A stretch of DNA of 63,228 nucleotides, the filler included, from Pirum gemmata (Eukaryota), in NCBI GenBank assembly GCA_002812295.1. It is 19 parts of 19 records of this genome, joined end to end, with 100 filler letters (N's around TTAATTAATTAA, not from the genome) between each part and the next. Parts side by side here need not be neighbours in the genome. Positions count along the whole stretch, not along the records: positions 49,409 to 52,402 come from PDIN01003792.1; positions 52,503 to 55,527 come from PDIN01003793.1; positions 55,628 to 60,118 come from PDIN01003794.1; positions 60,219 to 63,228 come from PDIN01003795.1; 15 more parts are not named here. The stretch is one strand, 5' to 3'. This document shows, piece after piece, positions 50,696-63,228 of this stretch (position 1 is the first letter of the stretch; each line of letters starts with the position of its first letter). A program made the translations under genes and the position numbers. The notes beneath the pieces are model-generated. The model was given only the letters and a program-made list of their open reading frames with translations. It was not told the DNA's origin and ran no database searches.

Positions 50696-52769
50696 ATTAT
50701 ATCGGATATAGACAGTATATAGACTAATATTTATTTATTTATTTATTATTATGATATTATTTTTTTAATTTTACAGTAGAAAGTCAGGACTGCCAGGGAA
50801 GATTCGGTCATTCTAAATGAACCGGAAATGGCCCAATTTTAATAAAAAATAGCTCAAATTTTAGCATTTTTCAAGCTAAACAAGGTTATTTAACTGTTAT
50901 TTAATAGGAAAATTGTCATTTTTTAGTCATTTTTTAGTGTTTTATGACTGTTTTATGAGTTTTATGACTTAAAATGGCATTTCTGGGCATTGAAGTTTTG
51001 TTATTAAAATTTTTGTGTGAGGGTCTACAACAAGTTGTAGCTACTGCTACCAGGCATTATTATTATTATTATTATTTTATGTATCATACCAAAATCAACA
51101 CCAATGGATCATCGAATCGAATTTTCATTTTTTCTTTATTTTTGTGGATCTAGAGTGCCTTTTTTTCGTTATTACCCACTTTTTGAACAAAGTGGCTTCA
51201 GATCGAATTTTACTATTATTTTTCGAGTCTTTTTTTTTAAAAAACTGATATTGACGTCATTAAATTGTCCCTCTTAGTCTACCAGCTTAGTCTACTTTTA
51301 AAAAAATTACTATATATAGTAACTAGTTTATACGCCACTTACCTAGCGCCACTTACTAGCTAGTAGCTAGTAGCGTCACTTACCCCGCAAGTTACCGGTT
51401 ACTATTATTTATTTCATATATTATCATAGCATTGAGAGCATTTGTTAACAACAAGTACGCACTGAAATTACCTTTTAAATGGTGCAGGTCTCGTTATTAA
51501 AATTGGAGCATTAATTTTACTTTTTATTAAAAAAAACCGACTGTAGAGAGTCTACCAAGCCGAATAATATAGCAATAAAAGTCAAAAGCCAAAAAATCTC
51601 AAAATGCTCCAAAAGTACTACCAAATTTTTATAGGGGTCTATATAATATTTTTTTTATATCATATATATGATAACTCACTCCTTTATATAATCAGAGAGA
51701 CCTCAGAGAAAGACCTCTTTTTTTATATTATTTTTGTTTAGATCGGGCCGGGCCTATGTAGACTAATGTATCATAGTAGTAAATAATGTAGCTTTCACAC
51801 ATCGTTCTCTCTTTTTTTTATGTAGTTTTCCCACATCGTTTTTCGATGTATATTCTCTATAACAAGAATATTATAAAACTGATATTTATATATAATATTA
51901 TGATTCATGAATCTATGATATAAAAATAAAATCATGATTGCTCTAAAATCAAGACTCAAGAGTAGCTAGATCAAGCTAGCTAGCTAGCTAGATCAACAGG
52001 AAATTTTTTTCCTGTGGTTCTTTGATTTCTTTGAGAAGGTGCCGGCAGCTGTGCCGGCCTAAGTAGTGACGCCATCACATACCTTCCCATTAGTGTATAA
52101 GTTTATTTATAGACTAAATAACAAGTTAATATTTTTTTTTTCCTACACATAATATCAAGGACTTCAAAAAAGTCCTTGTATAAATATCGTACATATACTG
52201 TACATCAGCTGCTGTACATATCATAAATTATCCACCAATCCGCCATAGACTAGTCTGTCTGTCTTAGACTCTTTAGGACCAGGTCCATAGAGTTCACCAG
52301 CTATCATATTATAGAGATAGAGGTTCATAGAGAGGGGGTGACATCACGTGACCTTTACTATATAGCCTAGCACGACTTTTTTCGGCGGAAAGTCAAAAAA
52401 AANNNNNNNNNNNNNNNNNNNNNNNNNNNNNNNNNNNNNNNNNNNNTTAATTAATTAANNNNNNNNNNNNNNNNNNNNNNNNNNNNNNNNNNNNNNNNNN
52501 NNCCACCACCACCACCATTACCACCACCACCACCATTACCACCACCACCACCATTACCACCACCACCAACAACAACAACAACAACACAACACACTACCAC
52601 CATCATCACCAATAATTATCACCATCATGTTGTGATTATTGTTTATTATGTCGCTATTGTAATTTTTTGCTCTGTTTATGATTATCTTTGGTTAAAAAAT
52701 CACTCGTGTACAATTGCTAATAATTTTGCTTAGTGTCGTGAAAGATGATTATATGAATTTTTCACGTAC

Positions 52770-53833
<1,064 letters not shown>

Positions 53834-55196
53834 CTTTTCATTGCACAGCTTTTCTGTTTTCTATTTGTTTTTGTATTATGTTACGTTTTGTTGTGTGTTT
53901 GTTTGTTTGTGTTTATTTTGTGTTTTGTGTTTATTTTGTGTTATATGTGTATTTGTGTTTTATGTGTATTTGTGTTTTATGTGTATTTGTGTATCAGATA
54001 GTATTTGTGTTTTGACTCTTCAGTTTTGTGTGACTTAGGTGACTTAGTGATAATCAAAAATCAAAAAAAAAATAAAAAAACTGTGGGTGTCCCATCTTTT
54101 GTAAGTTTACCGTTGTCAAGCAAAAAACTCGAATATTTCAATGAAACCTCGAGAAATAATTTCAGATTCGAAATTTGTTTATACTCTTTTTGAATCTAAT
54201 TATCAAATAAATTTGAAATATTTTATAAAATTTCAATACTATTCGATGTATACATAAATCGTTCAATTTAAAAAGCTCGAAGTGGCATATATTTCTGGGC
54301 TTAGCTAGATGAATATTTATTTGGAGGGTTATAATATTTAAATCGATATTTTTAAATAAATAAATAGATAATAAAAGACACCAAATTAAATTAAATGGAT
54401 CATATTGTATTAATTTGGTACTATTTATTGTATGTGCTCTCTCCCGGCACCATATATGGTAAAACATGTTACGAGTTTCTTTTTTTGGTTATAATGCTTA
54501 CATAAATAGGTATATAATTATAAATATATATAGTAGGTCTAGCTAGCTAGGTAGGTAGCTAGAGGTGGCTTGGTAGTGTTTGTGTTTGTGTTTGTGCTTG
54601 TGTTTGTACGTTAGTGTCTAGTTTAGGGTTAGGGTTAGAGGGTTAGGGTTAGGGCTTTCTAAACGGTTATTAGTTAAGGCAAGCCCTTGGTTAAGGTTAG
54701 TGTTACACCTAGACCCTAGCTAGTTACCTACACGGTGCACTAATAACCACAGTTTATATTATGTATTAAATCCTAACTAAAATAATTTTAATCCTGACCA
54801 GATTTCTGAAAAAAATCTGAAGATGGAATTGAATCTAGAAGGGTATTTTTGTCAACTAAGACATCTAGATTGGCACTTTTAGACCTTAAAACCATCGTTT
54901 GAATCGATATTTTTTTTTTATCCTTTATTTTGCTCAAAAAAAAAAAAAGTTTATCTAGATGTCGATTAAAGAGTTTAAAATATCAATCTAGGTGTCTTAG
55001 TTGACAAAATACCCTTGGTGTATTTTATTAATATTTTCTATATTATATTGTAATGATTTAAAAATGTTAGTGTATATATTATAAGTTATAACCCTCCAAA
55101 TAAATATTCAAGAGAGGCAAAATAAATGAAAAGGACGATAATGACAATATTTTATAATATTATTATTATTATCATAGTCATATTATTATATTGTAT

Positions 55197-55341
55197 GGGA
55201 GTGTTCAAATACTACGCAACGCCAATTTCTGGTCAAATACAGCTTCAAATACCCCTACCTACCTACCCCTCGACATTGATTTCCGGTCAAACACCACCCA
55301 CATACCTACCCCTTGACGTGATGTATTATTTGAACCCTCCC
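55197..55341 (+). mobile_element. MITE family D (145 bp, TIR GGGAGxGTTCAAATAxTAC, TAT flanks, internal direct repeat)
   Basis: TAT|GGGAGTGTTCAAATACTAC ... GTATTATTTGAACCCTCCC|TAT; internal duplicated GGTCAAA...CCTACCCCT unit. Confidence 0.8.
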
Positions 55342-55879
55342 TATGCTTATATATAATAATATTATGATATAATATATAACTTACAAATACTTTACAAATC
55401 TTACAATAGAGAATTTTCAGAAAAATAATAATTAACCAATTAACAATATATATTTTTAAATTAACTAATCAATAAATTTCTTTTTCAGAAATTTGAATAA
55501 TTTTTTTTTTTTTTTTTTTTTTTTTTTNNNNNNNNNNNNNNNNNNNNNNNNNNNNNNNNNNNNNNNNNNNNTTAATTAATTAANNNNNNNNNNNNNNNNN
55601 NNNNNNNNNNNNNNNNNNNNNNNNNNNATAATAATAATAATAATAATAATATAAAATAGCATACTCTTTGTTCAAAGAGAGTGAGTATACTAACCAAAAA
55701 AATAAATGAACGAGTGAACCAAAAAAGTAGTTGAAGGTGTACAGATTGAAGTTTAAGATGTTCAGATCTAAGTTTTTACAATGCGCTGACCTCAGGTAGT
55801 ACAAAAATCGTTTTTACTAACGTTTAATTATGTACCTTCATTGGTTTATGAAGATTTTTTGTTACTCCAAATTTAATAA

Positions 55880-56962
55880 CTAGCGATCATTATGAACCAT
55901 CCTTTTTCTAGATTCACTGTATTTCCAAAAAGTTGGAAATCCTTCCGGAGCGTATTTCTTTTCTATCACGTTGCACATGTTTCCTTTAAAATCATCAATG
56001 TTAATATTATAATATTTAATATGTCTCTTATCGTTTGCGTCACGACGAAAACTGTTACTGGCTGTTGTACAAAATACACAATTATCCATGGTAAACATAA
56101 CTTCGCATGGACCACTTTTTCCTGCCATAATATTAGAAACTTGTGTACTATTTTTAACGCGTATTACTCGACCACCACTAAAATTTCCTTTAACTGCTTG
56201 TTGGTGTTTAAAATCATCTTTTCTTGCTTGTGCTATATTTACTGTGTCAACTCTCAATAAAACAGCAGAAGATTTAGTATGAACAAATTTAGCACATTTA
56301 TCAACCCCACAGTCTAATCGTTTGTTATTATTATGTGATGCACAAATAGGTAAAATATAAGCTTCATTGTTGTGGGACCTATCTCTCCCGAATCCGACTC
56401 GCACATGCATATGACCGCCTATTGTAGCTTCTCTTGCACAAGCATTGATTTGACATAATTTTGGCCAGGACTTATTAGTTCCTTTAATCCACTCACGTTT
56501 CCAATTTTTTTTATTATCGTTTGAAGACATATAAACATTTGCTACTTCATGCACTCCTTTTGCTAAGATATCACTCTTCAGATTCTTGAGCACCTTTTTG
56601 TTTAATTGCTTTAAACCTTTTTTGCCCATAAACTTATCCTTTTTATGAATAGTAGATGTCGTCGTCATGAGTTTTGGCCTCATTTTTGTGGCTTCTTTCC
56701 TCATTTTTGTAACTTCGTTCCACAGACCATCTTTGCTATGAGCTGATTTCGCAGTTACTCCATACACTTTCAATATCTTACGTAGGGAATCTTTACTTAC
56801 CAAATTATTAAAAGAGATTTTTTTTTTATCAAGTAGTGTAATGAGGTCTTGTTTCTTCCCAGCAGAAGTCTTAGAATATTTGTTTTGTTTTGCTATACTA
56901 AGTAAATCTTCCATTGTTAAGGCATTTAGCTCATATGTCTTTAAGTAAATTGACTGCGGCAT
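55880..56962 (-). CDS. Multidomain protein: SAP/Rho-N-like helical repeats, HNH-like Cys/His domain, thioredoxin-like domain
   Basis: Intronless; first ATG at 56962. LNALTMEDLLSIAK...GKKQDLITLL; WKREW...CQINAC...IGGHMHV...YILPICASHNN; VMFTMDNCVFC...EGFPTF. Confidence 0.75.
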   Translation of the reverse strand: MPQSIYLKTYELNALTMEDLLSIAKQNKYSKTSAGKKQDLITLLDKKKISFNNLVSKDSLRKILKVYGVTAKSAHSKDGLWNEVTKMRKEATKMRPKLMTTTSTIHKKDKFMGKKGLKQLNKKVLKNLKSDILAKGVHEVANVYMSSNDNKKNWKREWIKGTNKSWPKLCQINACAREATIGGHMHVRVGFGRDRSHNNEAYILPICASHNNNKRLDCGVDKCAKFVHTKSSAVLLRVDTVNIAQARKDDFKHQQAVKGNFSGGRVIRVKNSTQVSNIMAGKSGPCEVMFTMDNCVFCTTASNSFRRDANDKRHIKYYNINIDDFKGNMCNVIEKKYAPEGFPTFWKYSESRKRMVHNDR

Positions 56963-57021
56963 TTTTAAAACGGAACGAACAGTAAATAAAACGAATAACA
57001 AAAAATCCTAAAAGTCAAACA

Positions 57022-57135
<114 letters not shown>

Positions 57136-57178
57136 NTATTATTATTATTACCATTTATTTATATTATGTAATAAAAGT

Positions 57179-58111
57179 TTAACCGGCACCAGGTTGACCT
57201 TGTTGTATTTTAGGGGCTTGAGCATCTCTGATGGCTTCTTTTCCTTCGCTCGACTCACTATATCGGGTAGTCAAATATTTTTGTTGATCTCTCAACAGCA
57301 GAGTATATTTAAATAGCTCTTCTGCGATATCAACCAATCTATTTCGAAAAGCACTATTAACCATTTTACCTTCACTATCAAAATGCATTTGTGCTTTTGG
57401 AATTGACATTTGGTTTGGTATACATACACAACGCATCCAACGACCTAAAACCCTTAAATTATTAACAGTATTAAAAGATTGAGATCCACCTTCGACTTGC
57501 ATGACGGCCAATGTTTTACCTTGGGTGGGTCTAATACCACCTTCAGATAATGGCATCCAATCAACTTGATTTTTAAAAACCCCAGAAAAGTTACTATGAT
57601 ACTCAGGACTAACCCATACCATACCATCACTCCAATGTACCAAAGTACGTAATTCTTTAACTTTCTCATCTTCATTAGGATCAATATCCTCACAAAATAA
57701 AGGTAAACCTTTAGGATCATATAATTTCACATCAGCCCCGAATTTGTCCAATATTCTAGCAGTTTCAATAGCAAGCATGCGAGCACAGGAATCTTTTCTT
57801 AAACTACCGTATAATATTAAAAACTTTGGTGCTCTTTCGTCTGTAATCCCTTCTCTTAATTTTTCTAAAGTTGTCCGAATTGAGTTAATGTTGGCATCGT
57901 GACAGGCTTGTTGTGAGTTGTTTATGGTTCCTGTGGGACAGGTTATGTAATCAGCAGTACCATGACGTCTGCAGGTGTCGTAAGCATCCCCTTGGCCTAA
58001 AGTATTAATGAAATCACCATCCATATCAACTTGTGCCCAATTTAAAAAGGTAGACCGAACTCCTTCGGGCGCGCCGTTTATTCCTACGTTTTCTTTTGCA
58101 TTGCTAGACAT
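57179..58111 (-). CDS. arsH: ArsH-type NADPH-dependent FMN reductase (organoarsenical oxidase family)
   Basis: ILYGSLR, WSDGMVWVSPEYH, FKNQVDWMPL, RPTQGKTLAVMQVEGGSQSFNTVNNLRVLGRWMR, IPNQMSIPKA, EELFKYTLLLR, RYSE; intronless; ~90-aa N-terminal extension. Confidence 0.95.
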   Translation of the reverse strand: MSSNAKENVGINGAPEGVRSTFLNWAQVDMDGDFINTLGQGDAYDTCRRHGTADYITCPTGTINNSQQACHDANINSIRTTLEKLREGITDERAPKFLILYGSLRKDSCARMLAIETARILDKFGADVKLYDPKGLPLFCEDIDPNEDEKVKELRTLVHWSDGMVWVSPEYHSNFSGVFKNQVDWMPLSEGGIRPTQGKTLAVMQVEGGSQSFNTVNNLRVLGRWMRCVCIPNQMSIPKAQMHFDSEGKMVNSAFRNRLVDIAEELFKYTLLLRDQQKYLTTRYSESSEGKEAIRDAQAPKIQQGQPGAG

Positions 58112-58173
58112 AGTTATTGCTTAAATTTAATTATTATTATATTATTATTATTTTGTTTTTGTTTTTAATTTTT

Positions 58174-58234
<61 letters not shown>

Positions 58235-58495
58235 ATTCGTTTTTTACAGTCGTTTTTCATATAAATACTTTTTTGACTTTAGTCAAGGACTTCAGTTTGA
58301 AAAAAAAAAATAAGATTCTGAATAGACTACTATCGAAAACATATTCATTTTTCGGGCTTGTTTTAGATGCCTGTAGTTAGTCAGTCTAGTCGTCTAGTTG
58401 TGCTTTTTTAGTTAAATATTGTAGCGAAACTCGAAGTTTATGGGAAACTCGAATATTGTGGAGAAACTTGAAAATCTTATAATTGAAAAAAACTT

Positions 58496-58728
58496 TTAAA
58501 CAGAAGTAAAACTACAAAAGTCATTTTTTTTAGACTTCTTTTCTAAAAACTTTAACGTTAACCAACCAAATTATTTTTAAAAACTAGCCATTGGTTCATA
58601 ATAGAATTTTTTACTTAGAAAATTTCTCACAATTTGGTAGTACTTTTTTTAAAATTGGACTTTTTTGATATTTTTTGGATTTAATATAAGCTCATATCAT
58701 GCCCATTTTTATTCGGCTTGGCAGTTAA
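58496..58728 (+). mobile_element. MITE family C copy
   Basis: Ends TTTTATTCGGCTTGGCAGTTAA; body colinear with 16844-17092. Confidence 0.75.
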
Positions 58729-60218
58729 AAAAAAAAAAATGGATCTCACTCTATTTGGCAGTTATTTTGACTTTCGACTTTCTTTTGGTTTTTCAGATTT
58801 TGGTAAAACGGTGCGCGAAAGGTTTGCAAAACCACCCACTCCCAGTGACAAAAAAGTCAAAAAACCACAAAAGTTGGTTGCACTTGCACAAACATCACTA
58901 CGATTCAGACGATTCAGTGATCCATTAGTAGTAGTATTTTTGTCTTAGGTATTAAATTTTGTACTGGTAATTATTTTGTACTAGAATCCTGTACTGGAAT
59001 CTTGAAGTCCTTAGTCTAATAATTAATTAACAGGTCTCTAATAATAATAGTTAAATTAACATTTTTTTTTTATTTATAGTATTATATATAGTTTTATTAG
59101 TTTTGTTATCGTTTTTAATTAATATGATAATAACAATAAAATTTATTATAATATTAATATCAATTAAAATATAACATTAACATTAATAACAATATTAATA
59201 ACGTTTTAATTAACAATAATGATTCCCTTATTTAACGTTAATTAACAATAACAATAACAATAACGACAATAACGACAATAACAAAACCTAATTCAAAAAC
59301 AATATACATACAACAATTAATTAATAACAATAACAATAACAATAACAATAACAATAACAATAACATTAAAATAACAATAACAATATAACAACAACAATAA
59401 CAATAACAATATTAATAATTTTAAATTTAATATAAAAATATTAATACCAATCACAATGCAAAATTCAATGACAATAGTATATTATATTATATAATATATT
59501 ATACAGCTTACGATATTCATGAAAGTAAAGTAATAAGTATATAATATTAATAATAACAAAATGATTGTTCACCCACTAATTATAATAAACAACAGTGTTT
59601 AGACCATCGTGACTCGTGAGGTAGGTTAAAACTTGGATAGTTTTACTGCTGCCTACAGCTACTAGACTCCTATTAGACACCTAAAGCGTCTAGCTAGCCT
59701 AGCTAGCGTTCGTCTATATAGCTGTATAGGAGGGATGACACCCCGTTACCCACCTCTTAAACACGGGCCGTGACGAAACTGTTGACAGTATTAAAAACTA
59801 ATAAGTCTAACTAAAGCAGAACCTTTCTCCTCCACACCAGTGATGATAAATAACAATTTGTCACCTAACCGAATCTTTTTTAAAAAAGTATACTGTCTGT
59901 GGGTTTTTTTTTTTTTGAATCTTTATTTTATTTCGGCGTTTTCATTGGATAATAGGTGCAGATTTGTGGGTGAAAATACCAATATGTAGACTTCCCCGAA
60001 TTCTGCCCCTAAAACTCGACTTTCTGCTTCTGCCTTCTGCCCCGAAAAGCTCGATCGATTTCTGCCGAGCAGAATTTCTGGTCTGTTTGGTCTTTTTCAA
60101 AATTAATTTTTTCGAGTTNNNNNNNNNNNNNNNNNNNNNNNNNNNNNNNNNNNNNNNNNNNNTTAATTAATTAANNNNNNNNNNNNNNNNNNNNNNNNNN
60201 NNNNNNNNNNNNNNNNNN

Positions 60219-62355
60219 TATTGCAAGAAATAATATGTTGTTCCAAACTTAGCTTATTATTAAACTCCTTACGACAATAATCATTTTTACATAAAAAAGT
60301 CCCTTTTTCTTTGTGTCTTTTGAACATGCGATTTTGATTATTATCATCACTATCATCATCACTATCATCACCATTTTCTCGATGCCGTTTGTTATTTCTT
60401 TTATTATTACAAGAAAGAATATGTTGTTTAAAACCTAGCTTACTATTAAACTCCTTACGACAATAATCATTTTCACATTGAAAAGTCCCTTTTTCTTTGC
60501 AAGATTCATAATGTCTTTTGAAATTGCGATTTTGATTATCATCATTATCATCATGATCACTATCATTACCGTTTTCTCGATGACGTTTGTTTTTCCTTTT
60601 TTTATTGCAAGAAACAATATGTTGTTCCAAACTTAGCTTATTATTAAACTCCTTACGGCAACAATCATTTTCACATAAAAAAGTCCCTTTTTCTTTGTAA
60701 GATTCATAATGTCTTTTGAAAATGCGATTTTGATTATTATTATCATCATCATCATCACTATCATCACCATTTTCTCGATGCCGTTTGTTATTTCTTTTAT
60801 TATTACAAGAGAGAATATGTTGTTTCAAAATTAGCTTACTATTAAACTCCTTACGACAATAATCATTTTCACATTGAAAAGTCCCTTTTTCTTTAGAAGA
60901 TTCATAATATCTTTTAAAATTACGTTTTTGTTTATCATCATCATCATCATTATTATTATCACTATCATCACCATTTTCTCGATAACGTTTGTTATTTCTT
61001 TTATTACAAGAAACAATATGTTTGTCCAAAGCACTCTTACTATTGAACATCTCTTGACAATAATCACATGGTAAAAACCCTATTTTATTACAACGACCAA
61101 TATGTGCACGCAAACTAAATGCATCAGGGAAAACCTCACGACAATGACTATTTAAACAAATGAATTCAGAAGAAAAATCACTGTAATCATTATGCTGAAG
61201 ACTATGAGAATGAAAACTTGAACCCACATCATTGCATTTTGCAACATGATTATTTAATTCTGAATAAGTGAGAAACCCTTTGAGACAGTTTGTGTTACGA
61301 CAATAGTATTTTTTAACTTTAGTTATAGTTGGTAATGTTATAACTTTATCGTTATTGTTATTCTCAAGTTTAACTATTGTTATGTCAGCGTTTTTCATAA
61401 TCGATGTATTATCATTATCATTATTATTATGATCATCATCATCGTCATCATCGTCATCTTTGGTATTCTTTTTATGCTCATTATTATCTTTATTTTTCAA
61501 TACAACTTTTCTCTTAGGTATTTTTAAAGAAGATAAATCAATACTAACATTATCATTATTATTATTATCATCACCATCATCGTCATCATCGTCATCTTTG
61601 GTATTCTTTTTATGCTCATTATTATCTTTATTTTTCAATACAATTTTTCTCTTCGTGATATCATTATCATAGTGTTTATTTAATTCTAACCCTAACCCTA
61701 ACTCTTTTTTACTCTTACAATCATGTTTCCCAATACTGTTTTTTCTAAAAGATGTTGTTTTCTTACTATCATTATTAGTATTAGTAATACTAGTTGTAGG
61801 CCTAGTGTTATCTTTTTTATCAATATTACTATTACTATTATTATTATTACTATTACTATTACTATTACTATTACTATTACTATTACTATTACTGTTTTTT
61901 CTAGAGGATGTTATTTTTTTACTATCAGCATAAGCAATGCTAGTTGTAGGCTTAGTGTTATATTTTTTGTCAATATTACTATTACTATTACTATTACTAT
62001 TACTATTACTATTACTATTACTATTACTATTACTATTACTATTACTATTACTNNNNNNNNNNNNNNNNNNNNNNNNNNNNNNNNNNNNNNNNNNNNNNNN
62101 NNNNNNNNNNNNNNNNNNNNNNNNNNNNNNNNTATTACTATTACTATTACTATTACTATTACTATTACTATTACTATTACTATTACTATTACTATTACTA
62201 TTACTATTACTATTACTATTACTATTACTATTACTATTACTGTTTTTTCTAGAGGATGTTTTTTTTTTAGTATCATTATTAGTAATACTGCTACTTCTCG
62301 TGTTCATTTTACCCTTTCTATCATTGCCATCATTATCATCATTATCATCATCATC

Positions 62356-62399
<44 letters not shown>

Positions 62400-62936
62400 T
62401 ATTATTATTACAAATATCTTTACTAATTTTCTTACGTACTTTTATCTTACCACCACTATCACCATTACCAATACCATTATTATTATTATTACTATTATCT
62501 TCACTGATTTTCTTACGTTTTATCCTACCACCACTATTATTACCATTGCCTTTACCCTTACCCTTACCCTTATTTGTTTTGCTTTTAACCGTTGCCAAAA
62601 TGCTTTCCCTTTTTATATATATATTCTTTAGTGTATGAGGAGATATATGATACCTTAAGGCTACCTTTGGGTATCGAGGACTGACATTGAACTCTTTCGC
62701 CAGTTCTAACACCCCCAACATATCCCGTTTGAACTGCATACAAAATTTTTTTGCTACCCGGCGTTTTCGCTTTTTGAGGAGGACTTTACTTTTGGGTTTG
62801 TTTATTTTTGTATTAAGATAGTTTTCGTGTTTCTCACATTCTGCAAAATGATCCTCTAAATTTTCAATGAAATCGACTTGAAAATCACAGAAATAACAAG
62901 TGTGGGTTATCAACCTTGGCCTTTCGTTATTTTTTC
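60219..62936 (-). CDS. HTH (CENP-B/psq-like) and multiple C2HC zinc-finger protein, partial at both ends
   Basis: Open frame of about 900 codons (one internal N gap); eight C-x2/4-C-x12-H-x3-C motifs; VALRYHISPHTLKNIYIKRESIL HTH-like segment; N/S/D low-complexity linkers; possible AG acceptor just upstream of 62936. Confidence 0.8.
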
Positions 62937-63228
62937 CTATTAATATTGTTGTTATTGTTATTGTTATTGTTATTGTTGATGGTGGTGGTGGTGGTGGATG
63001 GTGGTTGGTGGTTGTTGCGGTTGCTGTTCTTGTGGTGGCGGTGATGGTGGTGGTGGTTTTTACTGGTACTATTATTATTATTATTATTATTATTCTTGCT
63101 ATTATTATAATTATTATGATTATAATATTGACAATGATTGTGATTATGATTATGATTATGATTATGATTATGATTATGATTATAATTATGATTATTACTA
63201 TTACTATTTCTATTATTATTATTATTAT

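Noticed and set aside
61723..62638. Plus-strand ORFs of 302 and 233 aa
   Set aside because: Antisense translations of the low-complexity part of the zinc-finger gene, spanning an N gap.

Overview
This is not a contiguous locus. It is a pseudomolecule of 19 small (~3 kb; three of 3.6-5.1 kb) scaffolds joined by an artificial 100-nt linker (N44-TTAATTAATTAA-N44), so gene neighbourhood across linkers means nothing. The source is a very AT-rich, microsatellite-rich eukaryote with the standard genetic code, GT-AG introns and abundant interstitial TTAGGG-like repeats; the taxon cannot be fixed from the sequence. Recognisable genes: a spliced SMP-domain (extended synaptotagmin/tricalbin-like) gene, an LRRC58-like LRR protein, a secreted bacterial-type V8/glutamyl-endopeptidase-like protease, a SOS1/NhaP-type Na+/H+ antiporter exon, an intact ISL2EU/Harbinger-type transposase, a 7TM receptor-like protein, a GH3 glucosidase, a YjbQ-like gene, ArsH, and an HTH + C2HC zinc-finger repeat protein. 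Best candidates for novelty: (i) an intronless SAP/Rho-N-like + HNH-like + thioredoxin-like fusion protein, (ii) a small secreted precursor with two 28-aa peptide repeats, (iii) a convergent pair of paralogous Cys-patterned secreted proteins, (iv) telomere-like hexamer tracts inside introns, mostly with the C-rich strand on the sense strand, and (v) at least seven short inverted-repeat (MITE-like) families. All assignments are from reading motifs by eye; no database search was run.
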